This document shows positions 11,584-24,000 of a stretch of 33,340 bases of DNA, piece after piece (position 1 is the stretch's first letter; each line of letters starts with the position of its first letter). The position numbers and the translations under genes were made by a program. The notes under the pieces were generated by a model. That model saw only the letters and a list, made by a program, of their open reading frames with translations, did not search any database and had not been told where the DNA came from. The stretch is from Nemertoderma westbladi (lineage: Eukaryota; Animalia; Xenacoelomorpha): contig JAUCBJ010003051.1 of the NCBI GenBank assembly GCA_032718475.1, positions 1-33,340 of the forward strand, in the 5' to 3' direction.

Positions 11584-13776
11584 ATGTGTTACCTTGTTGG
11601 CGACCTAAACCTGCCGCTAGCTAACTGGCCCACTATGTTTTCTTCCAACATCTATGAGAACAACATCCTTCTTGCTTTGGACTCCATAAGCCTGAAGCAA
11701 CTAGTTGATTTCCTCACCACCCGCACCTCCACCCTGGACGTCGCCCTCACCGACTGCGAGTCCACAGTCAGCGTTGAACTCGATCCTGTTTTCAACCCTT
11801 TGTTCTCTCTCGATGGCCGCTGTCTCTCCGACCACAAGCCAGTTCGGCTAGTAATTGAATCACAAATCCCAGATTCCAAAGTCCCGTCAAAGAAGATAGT
11901 ATATTCCTTCTGCCGCGCCGACTACAAGGGCATGCGTAAGGAAATTAAGGACTCCCCTTTTTCTCCTCGAGATTCGGCTCCCAACGCTGTTCTCAATGAA
12001 TGGTACTCGAGGGTTGCAAGGTTGATATCTCGGTTCGTACCGAGACGAACTAATCATCGTCAAACCCTCCCCCCATGGGCTTCCTCATCGTCGTCTAACC
12101 TGCAAAAGAAATTAAACACACTGCGCAATAAACTCGCCAAACGGGTCTCTCCCAATCCTACACTATCCGCTAAAATAACTGCAAAAGAATCTGATCTCAA
12201 CCTCCAACTACACCAGGAGCAGTCTGAATATGAAAAATTAACCTTTGAAAACTCCCATTTCGATATGATTTTCAAGTATTTGAAATCAATAAGAAAAACC
12301 AACAACATCCCGCCAAAAATGGGGCAACGAAACTGCTTCCACCAAACCCGAAAAGGCGGACCTGTTAACAGGTACTTCCAGTCCGTCTTCAACCCACCAA
12401 GCGAACCCAGTCACCTCGACCACTCTAGCTTCCCCAGTTGCGTAGATGATTACAATGTCTCCTGTGAGTCGATCTCTGAGGTTCTCGCGAAATTAAAGAC
12501 TAACAAATCTCGAGGACTCGACTATATTCCACCAGCTTTCCTCAAGTCTCTCGGAACAGACATTGCCATTGCTTTCGATAAAGTGGACCACAACATCACA
12601 CTTCAAAAACTGTCGGACATTGGTGTTAGAGGAAATATACTTCTAATTATTAAGTCCTACCTTTCGAATCGCCAACAGATGACGAGGTTCGGAAACTCCA
12701 CCTCCTGTCCGCTTCCGGTCGGCAGCGGCGTTCCCCAAGGTGCCCTGCTCGCCGTCATCATCTTCCTCAACCACAATGACACTCCAACATGCTTTGTACA
12801 CTCAATCCCTTTTCTCTTCGCTGACGATATGAAGGCCCTTTCAATGGTTTCCGACCAAACTCCTCTCCAAGCGGACCTCGACCGTCTATCCGACTGGGCT
12901 GTTAACAACGCCATGTCCTTCTCCAAGGACAAGTGCCGCCATCTCGTCTTCCGCGACAGCCCGCCCGACCAAACTGTCTCCAGGTTCACAATCGCCTGAG
13001 CCATCTCCGAGAAGGACCTCGGACTGATTGTGTCGACTGACCTCTCCTGGTCGGCGCACATCTCCGAGCGGGTTGCCAAGGCGACGCGGGCCTTGTTCCA
13101 GCTGAAGCGCTGCACGTCGCCTACGCATCCCAGTGCTGGTTCGCCAACCGCGGCGATATGAAACTCATCGAGCAGCTACAACACCGGGCCACGCGCTGGG
13201 TGACGTCGTCGGACCGCCCCTATAAAGACAGACTCCTCCAACTTAAACTTCTTCCCCTCAAACGTTTCCTGGAACTGCACGATCTCCTCTTGCTTGCTGC
13301 CATCATCAATGATCGGTTCGATTTTGATTGGCGTCCAATCGTCAACTTTCATACGCCACCTGCTAACCGCCCAACCAGATCTAACAGACTTTTCGACCTC
13401 CCGTGGCTAACCAAGGCTAGCTCGCGCCGGAACTTCTGGTTCCGCTCGCAGTGGCTGGCCAACAGACTTTCACCTTCCGCAGATCTATTAAGTCCAGCAG
13501 GTGTAAAGCAGCGGCTCGCAGCGATCTACAGCACTGGGAGCATTTTGTGCACAGGTATAATGATGATAACCTGTGCACATGGCACCTGGCATGTTCCTGC
13601 AGCCTCTGTATTAACACATATAGCTACTACTGAACTGTCAAGGATCATCCTTAATTGTATTACTATATTTTTCGTGCACTTACCCACTGTCTGTCTCTCA
13701 CTCTATGGTTCACACCCTTCAGCGCCCGGCTCGACCGTGGAGCTGTAAATCCATTTATTATCATTATTATTATTAT
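11584..13776 (+). mobile_element. 5'-truncated, internally deleted non-LTR retrotransposon (CR1/Jockey-group LINE ORF2 pseudogene)
   Basis: APE endonuclease motifs GDLN, TLDVAL and SDH; RT motifs AFDKVDH, GVPQG and FADD; 'EKDLGLIV' after the TGA at 12997-12999; C-terminal 'CTWHLACSCSLC' in a shifted frame; (TAT)n tail at 13755-13776. Confidence 0.9.
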
Positions 13777-14020
13777 TCATAGACTAAGCAGCCGCTTGAT
13801 TTATTTTGATTGATTGATTATTATAGTGTTAACAAACTGGGCTTTCATTCAGGAGACTCCAGGTTCGATTCGATTCCTGGACGACGCAGTACTGTTTGGC
13901 CAGGGGGCTTTAAATGTTACAGACTAGTTCTACACAGGTTTTCACCCTTTACTGGTCGATAAATGAGAACTATGATAACTTGGAAAACAGAGTGGGAGGG
14001 TTTAATGTGGAAAATCACCG
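13777..14020 (+). mobile_element. tRNA-derived SINE, degenerate copy (composite repeat copy A right part)
   Basis: Matches 15115-15290; B-box-like GGTTCGATTC present, A-box region replaced. Confidence 0.7.
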
Positions 14021-14032
14021 ATTGTAGAGCCT

Positions 14033-14130
14033 CTTATCGCTCCTTGCGCCTTTATCGCCCCTGGTCCTTATCGTCACTTGGGAACTTATCACTCCCGGGT
14101 CTTTATCGCCCCTGGTAACTTATCGGCACT
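14033..14130 (+). repeat. Six periodic TTATCGC(CC) motifs, ~15-20 bp spacing
   Basis: Same motif as in 11160-11272 and 14863-14974. Confidence 0.7.
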
Positions 14131-14530
14131 GTGACAAATATGAATTTTGAATGGGAGAAACGTTGGCAATGGTATTTGTATTGTTTATTAGTGTCCTAAG
14201 AGTTTTGCAGTTAAATTACGAGACACATGGCATACATTGAATTGCCTTAAGTACAAATGTAAACAATATGTTATTTGAAATAAGAACTGTATAAATTACT
14301 ATTTAATATTTTAACGCCACATACTGTACTATGTACACAGTTTTAGTGGGAAAAATAGAGTATTTTTTTAAAGTCATTAATAATTAAACTACATATATAT
14401 ACTGGTATAGGTAAAATTTGAATAATATGTACAAAGGTGTAGTGCAAAAAATACGTTAAAATAAATCGTTTTGATTAAAATAGTAACATTTAGGCTCAGT
14501 AAGCAGGGGAATGTCTGTACGCCGTCAAGG

Positions 14531-14784
14531 GTGATCTTCCACAGTAAACCCCTCCACTCTGTATCCTAAAGGAATGCCTATTCACCGCCAGTGATCTTCC
14601 ACAGTAAACCCCTCAACTCTGTTACCCAAAGGAATGCCTGCTGTTCACCACCATGGATGATCTTCCACAGTAAACCCCTCCACTCTGTATCCTAAAGGAA
14701 TGCCTATATTCACCACCATCATGGGTGATCTTCCATAATAAACCCTTCCGCTCCGTTTTCCAAGTTACCATGGTTTTCATTTAT
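14531..14784 (-). repeat. Inverted SINE 3' fragment with a 60-68 bp tandem repeat (~3.5 copies)
   Basis: Units starting TGATCTTCC at about 14532, 14592, 14658 and 14726; 14724-14784 is the reverse complement of ~13960-14019. Confidence 0.75.
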
Positions 14785-14850
14785 AAGGATAAGGCCCTTA
14801 AATTGGGACTGAGTGGGCCCGAAAATCCATAATCCGTCCCTGACAATACT

Positions 14851-15125
14851 GCGAAGCAGGACCTTATCCCCCCTGGAACTTTATCGCCCCTATAAATTGC
14901 ATTTTGTTGGGAACTCCTCGCCGCCCTGTTCTCAGTTTTTAGGAACTTATCGCCCCCGGGTCTTTATCGCCCCTTTCATTATATACAGGATACTTTCCCC
15001 CAACTTCCCATACTTCCTCTAAGTCATGCATTTTAGTTAAAATTTTTTTGTTATATTTATACTCAAATAGATTCTTTTAGAGGAGGCCTATAATTAGAAA
15101 TATTCATGTTCAATTCATAGACTAA
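14851..15125 (+). repeat. Dispersed composite repeat, uninterrupted copy B
   Basis: Homologous to 11149-11429 joined to 13777-13787. Confidence 0.8.
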
Positions 15126-15296
15126 GCAGCCTCTCAGGTCAAGTGGTAACACTCTGGGCTTTCATTCAGGAGGACCCAGGTTCGATCCCTGGACGACGCA
15201 GTACTGTTTGGGCACGGGGTTTTAAATGCTACAGACTAGCTCTACACAGTTTTTCACAAATAACTGGTCGATAAATGGGAACCATTGGAAGGGTTT
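15126..15296 (+). mobile_element. tRNA(Glu-like)-derived SINE
   Basis: A box AGGTCAAGTGG, anticodon-like arm CTGGGCTTTCATTCAG, B box GGTTCGATCCC, followed by a body containing GGTCGATAAATGGGAACC. Cloverleaf imperfect. Confidence 0.72.
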
Positions 15297-17545
15297 AAAA
15301 GGGGGGTTTAAGGGGAAGAACTTTATTTGATTGATTGGTGGTTTTGTTAAATTTCTTATAAATGCCGATTTTGTAATAGAATTGCTCAATTTGAATTTGT
15401 GTCGCATAACTGAGCCTCGTGTTGCGTGAAAGCCCCCGAACGTGTACGCTCTGTATAATACAATCTGCAGTCACATCAATAATGGTGGAATAAGAGGAGC
15501 ATAGCAATTCAATTATCCATCAAGAATGTGTGATTATTATGTATGTTCTCCATTGTTAAAAAAAACTACAGTATGATTTGCAGTAATTGCATGTAGGGGT
15601 AGGCAGCCTTCAGAAAGCTTTTTAATTCCGATTCAGATAAACTTTCTTGTACCTTGGACTTACCCGGGGGCCGAGTGGGTTATGCTGTCAAGGTTGCTCT
15701 TAATTGCGAGTAGCCATGGCAACCTTCATAACAAACCCGAACGGTTCCCCATATCCAGGTTGTGAGGATCAATAGGAGATTTTGGGGTAGCACTGGAGTA
15801 GGCGAACTGCAACCTAAATCCCATATATTTATAAGGAACCCCTAGCAAGGTGACTCTGGTTAACTAACACATATGGATTGGTTGGAGATCTTCCTCTGTT
15901 CTGTTGCATTCTTCATCCCACGATCCATTGGTTAATGTTTCACTGAAATCGGAGCTAATTAAATGCTGCTCCAAAACATGTAGAAATTATATCGCCTCAC
16001 TTATTGCGACAATTGTTACGGTAGATTTTACAGTTATTCTTGGTACTACTGTACGTGTGTGCGTGTCGAGGTTCCATTACCGCATGCAGCCATCGCGGTC
16101 GATAATTTATAATAAACTAATATTATTTTTTCATGACACTATATTATGGAAGGTCATTAATTATTATAAATTACCCAACTCTGTTTGTTTGGTAATAAAT
16201 TTTTATTTAATATTTATATTAATTATTATAATCATTTTAATGGAAACCCAAGAGCGGGTGTTAATCAAGTTAGGAGAGACGTGACGGTGACGCATGAACG
16301 CGAAACAAGGAATTAATTTACTTTATAACTTTTGGGAGTTTTATTTACCGTTCCTTAAAATAATTCAGTATTCTTTTTGATTCTCGTTACCACATTTTTT
16401 TATTCTCGTTACTAAATGTTTTATTCTCGTTACTAAATTTAGAGGTATTTGCGGTGTTGCAGTAACCCAACAAGTTTGGTGAATAGATTTGTGATTAAGA
16501 AACTGTTGAATTAATCCAAGAAGCATTTGGTGGCAATGAAGCGTGGAGGTGGGGCAGATATAGGGGGAAGGAGAGGTGGGCCGACTGGTAGAGGTGGTCC
16601 GAGAGCTGGAGGTGGTAGACCCCAACAAACACAACAATCCGATCACCCGTCACGGGTTAGTATCTACAGTTAATTGTAACGGGGAAAACAGTTATTTGGT
16701 CGCAAAAGTTTATGTTGCTTATTGTGTGTTTATGTTACTGTTTATAGCTTCCTCTGTCAAGTCCATAAAACTTTGATATATGAAAAGTTGATATACAGTA
16801 ACCTCAGAAAAGAAGAGGGGGTGCGAGGTGCTATATTTTAATAGGTTTGTTCAAACGAGCTTAGTAAAGAAGGGTGTCTAACAGGTGGGGCGTTGAACTA
16901 CCGATCCCAAAATTTTGAAGTGTGATACTGTAGTAAGCATTCCGAGAATTGGCGCACGCAAAATAACGTACAAATACCAACTTATACTGTAGACAGGCTA
17001 TATATCGAAAGTTGCTGCGTGTTTCAACTGGTAAGGCAGCCGACAGCCACCCGCACCCCGATTTGCAACAAATATTGAAAAACATTATAGTGTTGAAAAT
17101 AAATTAGTAGGAGGGGGCGTTAAGGAGGGTACCTGAACTACTACACTCCATTATACTTATTGTATAACCCAACCCATACACATACAGTACAAACTGGACT
17201 ATATGGTAGGCCTACGCTTACACTATATGAAGATGCTTTGCATTGCTGGATCTGACAAAACTCCTTCCTAATAATCACTGAGGTGTAGCTGCTATTCCTC
17301 AGTCAACTCCCTTAGTTCATTATTTATGGCAATTGGCAATAAAGTACCGGAAAAACCATAAAAATTTATGATATCGATATAATGACTCAGAATTCCAGAT
17401 ATGACGAAATTTGTGCGTAAAGTGTAAATTTATTAAAATAAGCAAGCCTAAATGCGTTACTTTAACCCATAAATACAACACCTTTCTAAACTGCAAATAA
17501 TTTAACTTTCACATGCTGAGGAATGTACACATGCACATGTACAGT

Positions 17546-17704
17546 AATAACTATTTACATACTTGTGTGTAAAGTAGCACTTTACAGTGTGATGATCCGA
17601 GTGGCTTTGTTACACGAACGAACGTTAGTGAGTGAGTGAAAATAAAGCCACGAGGATCAGAACACTGTAAAGTACTTTGCAACAAGTATGTATGTAGTTT
17701 TATT
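17546..17704. repeat. Long imperfect palindrome (non-autonomous hairpin element, Crypton-like by inference)
   Basis: tacatacttgt/acaagtatgta, ctttacagtgt/acactgtaaag, tgatcc/ggatca and gtggcttt/aaagccac pair around a cgaacgaacgttagtgagtgag loop. Confidence 0.7.
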
Positions 17705-18357
17705 CCAAAATTTTAACATTACGAAATGATTGCATAAATATTATAAGTGATAGAAACTGCACAAATTAAATTAGTTGCTGTATAAATAAATGTAAAAATG
17801 ACATAAATTATGTTATAAATAAGTTAGCTTATATTTATGGTGGCGTTTGGAGCCATGTTATAATAATATAGCTAGGCCCTACTGGTTATTAATAGCTATA
17901 CCCCGCCTACCGGTAGGTAATGCAGTAGGCCTACAGTGGCGGTTCTAGGGGGGGGGGGGGGGGGGCAAGGGGGCATTTGCCCCTTCCCAGGTATCTTGGG
18001 GGGGGGGGCTTGCCCCCTCCCTAGCGAAAGGTAATGTGGCAAATCCGTACCAGTGGGTACCGACTTTTGCTCGAAAACAGACCTCTCTGGGAAAAAACTT
18101 CTATTTTTTTTTCAAAATTTAGTTACTACCCGGCGGTCTCCATTATAAAACACTCTGATATTTTTGTAAAATTCTGGAACTTTGGGAATTCGGGAAAAAA
18201 TCGGGAAATTTTTTCAAAGTATAATAATTTTTTTTAATGTTTTTTTTGTATATTTTTTTGGGCGCCAAAATTTGAGCAGCAGCGGCATCATAGCCAGCTG
18301 ATAGTATATATTGGTGGTTCCAAGTTTAGCTTATTGATGCTAGAAATTTAGTCAATC

Positions 18358-18827
18358 TGTTCGCGCTTTTAGACCTTTAGCAGTTTAACCTGCCAATTTA
18401 AATGTCTTTTTAATTATGAATCGACTTTTGCCCTTACCAATTACCTGGTGTACTGAATTTACATCCGCCGCAGCCGTGCACACCGTCGTGCACGGTGTGG
18501 GAGACTGGATTCGGGTTCCCGAGGAAGTTATTGCGGTGTAGGCTACTTGCTACTTTGTATTATTCGATTGATTGCTACTATATAATCTCTGACAACTATA
18601 TTTACTTTCGGGGAAATATTTACAGTTCCTTTGGGACGTGGCGCTTTAAGTTTAAAACAGAGTTATGACTTACACTAATCACAAGTAGATGGCTACGGAG
18701 TTTCGTAAATAGCGCATTCTTTAGGAGATGCTTTATTAACCTTCATACGACTTCACACTAATTTACACTAATTCACACTAATTTGCCAACCGTCACTGAT
18801 TTTGATCATATATAAGGAGGATTGCAA
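18358..18827 (-). repeat. 3' LTR (likely truncated on its inner side)
   Basis: Begins TGTT on +; near-identical to 26034-26512; abuts RT sequence directly. Confidence 0.85.
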
Positions 18828-21062
18828 TTTGTCCCATTTCAATCCAAGAGTCTTGGTTTCTGGAAGATCGTCCTTAATGAGGTTAAGTTCTTTAACACCT
18901 CGGTCTTCTACTGGGAACGATTCCAGGAACTCACGGGAGTTACTAGTGAATTTGGTTAGGCGAAATCCACTGCGTTGTAAGCACTCTACCGTTCCCTTGG
19001 CAACATTGATTGCTTATTCTACCGATGGGAGGGACTTTAAATTATCGTCCATGTAAATATCCCTTTTGATGTTGTCGATAACCTCTTTAGAGAAGGCGTC
19101 TCTATTATCATTGGCAGTGGTGCGCACTACCGAACAAGCGTTCGAGGGGCTCGATATGATCCCGAAAGCCTGGATTGTCATCCAGTACTCCACAGGCCAC
19201 CACAGAAATCGTAGGCTGTCTCGATCCCTAGCTAACGCTTTAACTTGTAGAAACATGCCTTCAATGTCGGAAGCGAAGGCGATCGAATATTGCCGCAGTC
19301 GTAGTAATATTCCCAACAAAGATTGGAGTAAGTTGGGTCCCGGCAACAGTTCCGAATTTAGGGATTGCCCCATATAAAGGGCGGAGCCGTCAAACACTAC
19401 CCGGACTTCGTTTGGTTTACCAGGGTGGGAACGTAATGATGTGTCAAGTAATACGTTCTCTCCATTATGGGTGTTTCTTCTGGAACTCGCTCCGCATATC
19501 CCTTGTCTATAAACTTCTTTAATTGAGTCTTATACATTTCTTTGGCTTGATTGTTAGCCGTCAAATGCCGATGTAGTTATGAGATTCTTTTTTCCGCTAA
19601 AGGTCGGTTATTCACGAAACTGGGTTCTCTCCGTCTGAAAGGCAGACCAATTTCATAACGACCCTCATCTTTCAGATAACGTGTAGTCATTTCCTGAATC
19701 TGCTTGGCTCTCTCTTCCTCGACGGATAATGCTTTGTCGTAGGAATTAGGCTCTACGGCTTCTTGAGTAAAGAATCGCACGGCGTGTTCATCGCGTACCT
19801 TACTATTGTACCGCTCTACCGCTTCATTTAGTTCATCGTCATAAGTCAATTGTTTGCTATTTTGACCGATAAGGTTACACAAGTTAACTTGGTTTAACCA
19901 AGTTTGATTCTCAGTGAGGAGTTCAATGGTATTTTCCTCATCATACAAATTCTGTATATCGTCGTTATCTGAGGAGCATGGGGTTTCCTCAGCTGGGATT
20001 TCTTCTTCACTTATATCTTCCTCACATTCATTTACCTGATGGACTTGCTCTCTCGGGAGTCTTTCTTGCAAAGTCCTGTGGGAAGGTCCCGTGAAGTACC
20101 AACCTACTCTTGTTCTTCCCGCGTAGGTCTGGAGTGGTCGCGGTCGAGCAGGCTGTTTTTCTATTGTCTCAAGCGCCTCGTGCACATTTTGGCCGAGTAG
20201 TATCTGTACCCCTGGATAATCGGTACTGAAACTAGGTATGTTGTATTGCTGGGTAAAATGGTCTTCATCCCAGTTGTAAGGCTCCACTTGGCTAGTAGCA
20301 AAGTTCTTTATCGCCACCATTTTAATTGACCTTACACTATTTTCACCTAGTTCATCCTGGGGAGTGGACAACGATCCCACATAGTAGTCAGTTGATACCG
20401 TGGATTTCCAAACCTGCATAATTCCGGAAAGGTTCAGTTTGGTTCGGAACTTTGGTTGACTAACAAAGATATCTTCGGCTAGGTCTTTGTCTAAAAAGGT
20501 GCCTGTACTGCCGGAGTCAAGGAGGGCATTCACTATTAAGCTCTTCCCTATTCCATGTACTCTCAGTTGCACCACGGGAAACTCTCGGTTACCGACAGAT
20601 GACATTGGCGCTTTCCATGAGAGCTGTTGATCCGGAATAGACAGTCGGGGTTCCTCTCCCTCCGTTTCGGTCTCATACGTAAGTGCTCGATATACGGTTG
20701 TGTTGATCATATAACAGGATTCATTTTTGTCTGAAAATTCATCGGTGTAGAATCCTTCCATCTCCGAACTGTGGTCAGTGTCGTTCACATCACTGAATTG
20801 GACATGTAGTTCGGGCTCACTTACCTGACTCGTCCGGGTCTTATCAAACTCGGTGTGCAGCAAGATATGATGTTTTACGCCACACTTAGCACATCTCGCG
20901 TCTGAGTAACAGGTTTTCCTTTGATGTCATCGCCTGAGGCAGTTATAGCACAACCGTTTATCCCACATGACATCACGTCTATCCTTTAGTTCTTTCTTTA
21001 AGAATTCTTCACACCCACTCAAGCGATGTGGCCCGTCGCACAATACACACTTAGGTTTGATG
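18828..21062 (-). pseudogene. BEL/Pao zinc knuckles + aspartic protease + reverse transcriptase fragment
   Basis: CVLCDGPHRLSGC, CYNCLRR*HQRKTC, CAKCGVKHHILLH (stop at 20927-20929); ALLDSGS and ILLGQN; GRYEIGLPF; SLNSELLPGPNL, DIEGMFLQV, YMDD, TLGLKWD. Confidence 0.9.
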
Positions 21063-24000
21063 TTACTTACCTAACCTGCATTGTATTTTGTACGCTAGCT
21101 CTTTCTTCGGGCTTCCTTCCATGAATTCTCTTAGGAGACATAGGGGGAGTTGTCATCTGTTCCCTCTTGCCACTGGTTCGAGCCTTAGATTTACTTACGT
21201 CTTTCCTGATCTTATTTACGTAGTAAGATCTCTCGGTGTCCTTGCCACTATTCTCATCATAAGACGTCGTCTCCCACAATGAGATGACTCCCACAATCCG
21301 TATAACACACTGGTGTTACCTCTCTCCTAGTAATGGGTTTTTCACTTACCTTGGTTTCCGGAGTCTTCACTCTTTATGAGCTGTAATCTTACCTCTCTGT
21401 TTAAGAACAACATGAGGTCAGCCATGGTTGGGTCTCTATGTTGTTGGTCCATCAGATAGAGAACCTTTTTGTCCCAGCGAGTACCTACCCCACCCATTGG
21501 CAAAGTCGATGCTACGGCTCCGACAACCATAGAACTCTGGTATTCCTGAGACTTACCCAACCAGTCTAGCTGTCTACAGATCTCCTGAATCTCATCGGAA
21601 AACTCTATAATCCCGCTGCTAAGAAACTTCTGGGCGCTACTAATTTCGCATACAGATATCTAGCTATGTTAGTTCAATTACCATACCTGATATTAAGTGT
21701 ATCCCAAACTTGTCTCAATCCGTCGGGATGTCCAATAAACTTTAACGCCATTAACTTGGGAGGTCCTTCCAAGCACTCAATGAGGAATCGTAGTTTCTCT
21801 CCGTTGTATAGTACGGAGTTCTGTATGTTATCTTTGTAATATTCATTAAAAGGTAACCATTTCATCTCATCTCCATTAAACTTGACGACCTCTCCCACCT
21901 TTACCGCTCGACGGGCTTCCGTTCTAGACATCTGACGTGTAAAGCTTTCTTGAGCCATCGTATTATTTAATATTGAATTATCGGTATATACATTTCTCAG
22001 ATTATTATCAGATCGGTATGGGATATCATTATCAACAGGCTTATTAATACCCTTAATAGGGTTTACTATCGGAGTTTCTACTTCACTAGCAGTATAGATG
22101 CGTGTAGGCTCCACACCTTGCGCATGAAATACTTCAGACCTAACGGGCTGACACATTGTTACAGAGGGTGGTGGTATACCCATTTGTATATTTACCAATT
22201 TATCGCGCTCGAGAGCGATTTTTGCTGTACTTCTTGCAGCTCTAACTTACTCTCTCTTACTGTTCCCTTTAACAGTTGATCAGTCTCTTCCAATTCTCGG
22301 ACTTGTTTAGAAGACTTTGTTTTATTGTCTTCCAATTGCCCGAGCAATTCTTCCATCCCCCATCATCTCTCATCCATCCCCTTAACTACGGAGGTGGGAG
22401 TCGCCAACGTCGTAGCTGGATGGCACAGCGGGACGGCGGGAGACAATCTATTTATTATCGCTTGCTCGGCATCCATAACAGTCTGAGATTCTGGTAGCTG
22501 TCTACTGGACATAGGTAGTTTGGTACTGTGTAATGGGAATTTAGAGTTAGGTTCTGGGAGCAAAGGGAGTGGCTTCGCTAACAGGCCTAATTATTTCTGG
22601 CTCATCTACTATAGTAGGGAGTCTTTCTACTCTTATAATTTGGGCTGTTGGCTCTCTATTACTTAAGTCTACATTAGCTAGCTCCCTTCTCACCGCAGGG
22701 GGTAAGTTAGGCAACTTATAACTGTGAGGCGCTCTTCTACGTCCGTTTGAACGAGATTTATTACCTTTACCCTCAGGATCAGTTGTATTACCTTCATCCG
22801 AGGAGGTAAATCCCTGTCTTCTGGGAGTAGATCGACTCAGTAGTTGCATCTGAGTAGCTGCCCTTTGTTTATTTAAGTAATCTTGTTTCGCCTGAAGGTT
22901 CTCCAACTCTAGTTGGACTGTCGCTTCAGATGCCCTCCATTCTGCTTCTGTCACTGCCGCTGCTGCTGCCGCTTTTCTTTCAGCTTCTGCCACTGCCGCT
23001 GCCGCTTTTCTTTCAGCCTCTGCCGTTGCCGCTGCTGCTGCTAACTTTGTTTGTTTCTTTGTTTGTTTTTCTTTGTCCATTGCGATGAGAATGCTTTCAT
23101 CAAATTTAGCCTGCTCTGCAGCTAATATCTCTACATCCAAAGATTCCAGAATGAATTTGGCTCCTTCACTATTAGGGTGGAGTCCAGCTAGGCGTCTCCT
23201 TAGCTCTTTGTCACCTATAAATCGTTGATAATCCGACAGATAGATGTAAATAGTATCCTTCTTCTGAGGTTTTTCGGATACCTTCTCGCCTTCCACATGA
23301 GAAAAGGTTGCATCAGTTGATGTTGATTCTCCGTGGGTTATGCGCTCAGTTAGCTGAACCGTCCATTGTGTTGTTCCCTGGACTTTAGCATTCACTCGTT
23401 GGAACCAAGTCTTTACTGCCACCTGCAGTGATGTGTCTTGACTTCTCTTCGAGGCTTCTTCAAAGGCTGAAAGGATTAATCTGATCCTCAATATACGTTC
23501 TCTCACTTGGTAAAGCAGCTCTCCCTGCTATTGAGGACCCTGTGGTTGTTGAAATAACTGTATTTCTATTCTTTCCAAGGAGTTGAAGAATCCCTGGACA
23601 TATCCTGCTGCTGACCTCTTCCATACAGCAGGATCTCGGGTGTCCCTCACTACTCCCATTTGGTATAAGTCTTCCCAAGCAGCTTCCGATAAGTTAAACG
23701 GGAGTCCGGGTCCGGGGAAGTTCCATTGAGTCTCTACAATAGACCTTAGTTCTTCCATTGGGTATCCGGCGTAACTGTCCCTGGTCAATCTCTTATTTCT
23801 CATCCAATCTGCTTGATGTTCTTCTACGGCTATAAGTACTCTAGTGAGCACTGCCCCAGGAAGAATTAGAAGTGGGTCTGGATAAACCGCTTCTTCCATC
23901 CTTGTTCCGATCTTGGGTGTTAACTCATCGGTGTCGGAACTAGAGTTACTAGGTAGTTGAGAAATAAGTTCTCGGTTCGGGCACTGTTGCTGTTTTACAG

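Noticed and set aside
15126-15200. Functional tRNA-Glu gene
   Set aside because: Acceptor and anticodon stems pair poorly, and it continues into a repeated SINE body.
16530-16710. RGG-rich or gag-like peptide fragment
   Set aside because: Too short and degenerate; no intact zinc knuckle or neighbouring pol motifs.
18270-18357. Continuation of BEL RT beyond the left LTR
   Set aside because: A YDPL-like reading needs several frameshifts and stops; not supportable.
11584-21062. RT-based novel system (retron/DGR-like) linking the RTs with the repeats
   Set aside because: Both RTs are broken members of ordinary LINE and BEL/Pao families; no template/variable repeat pair is evident.
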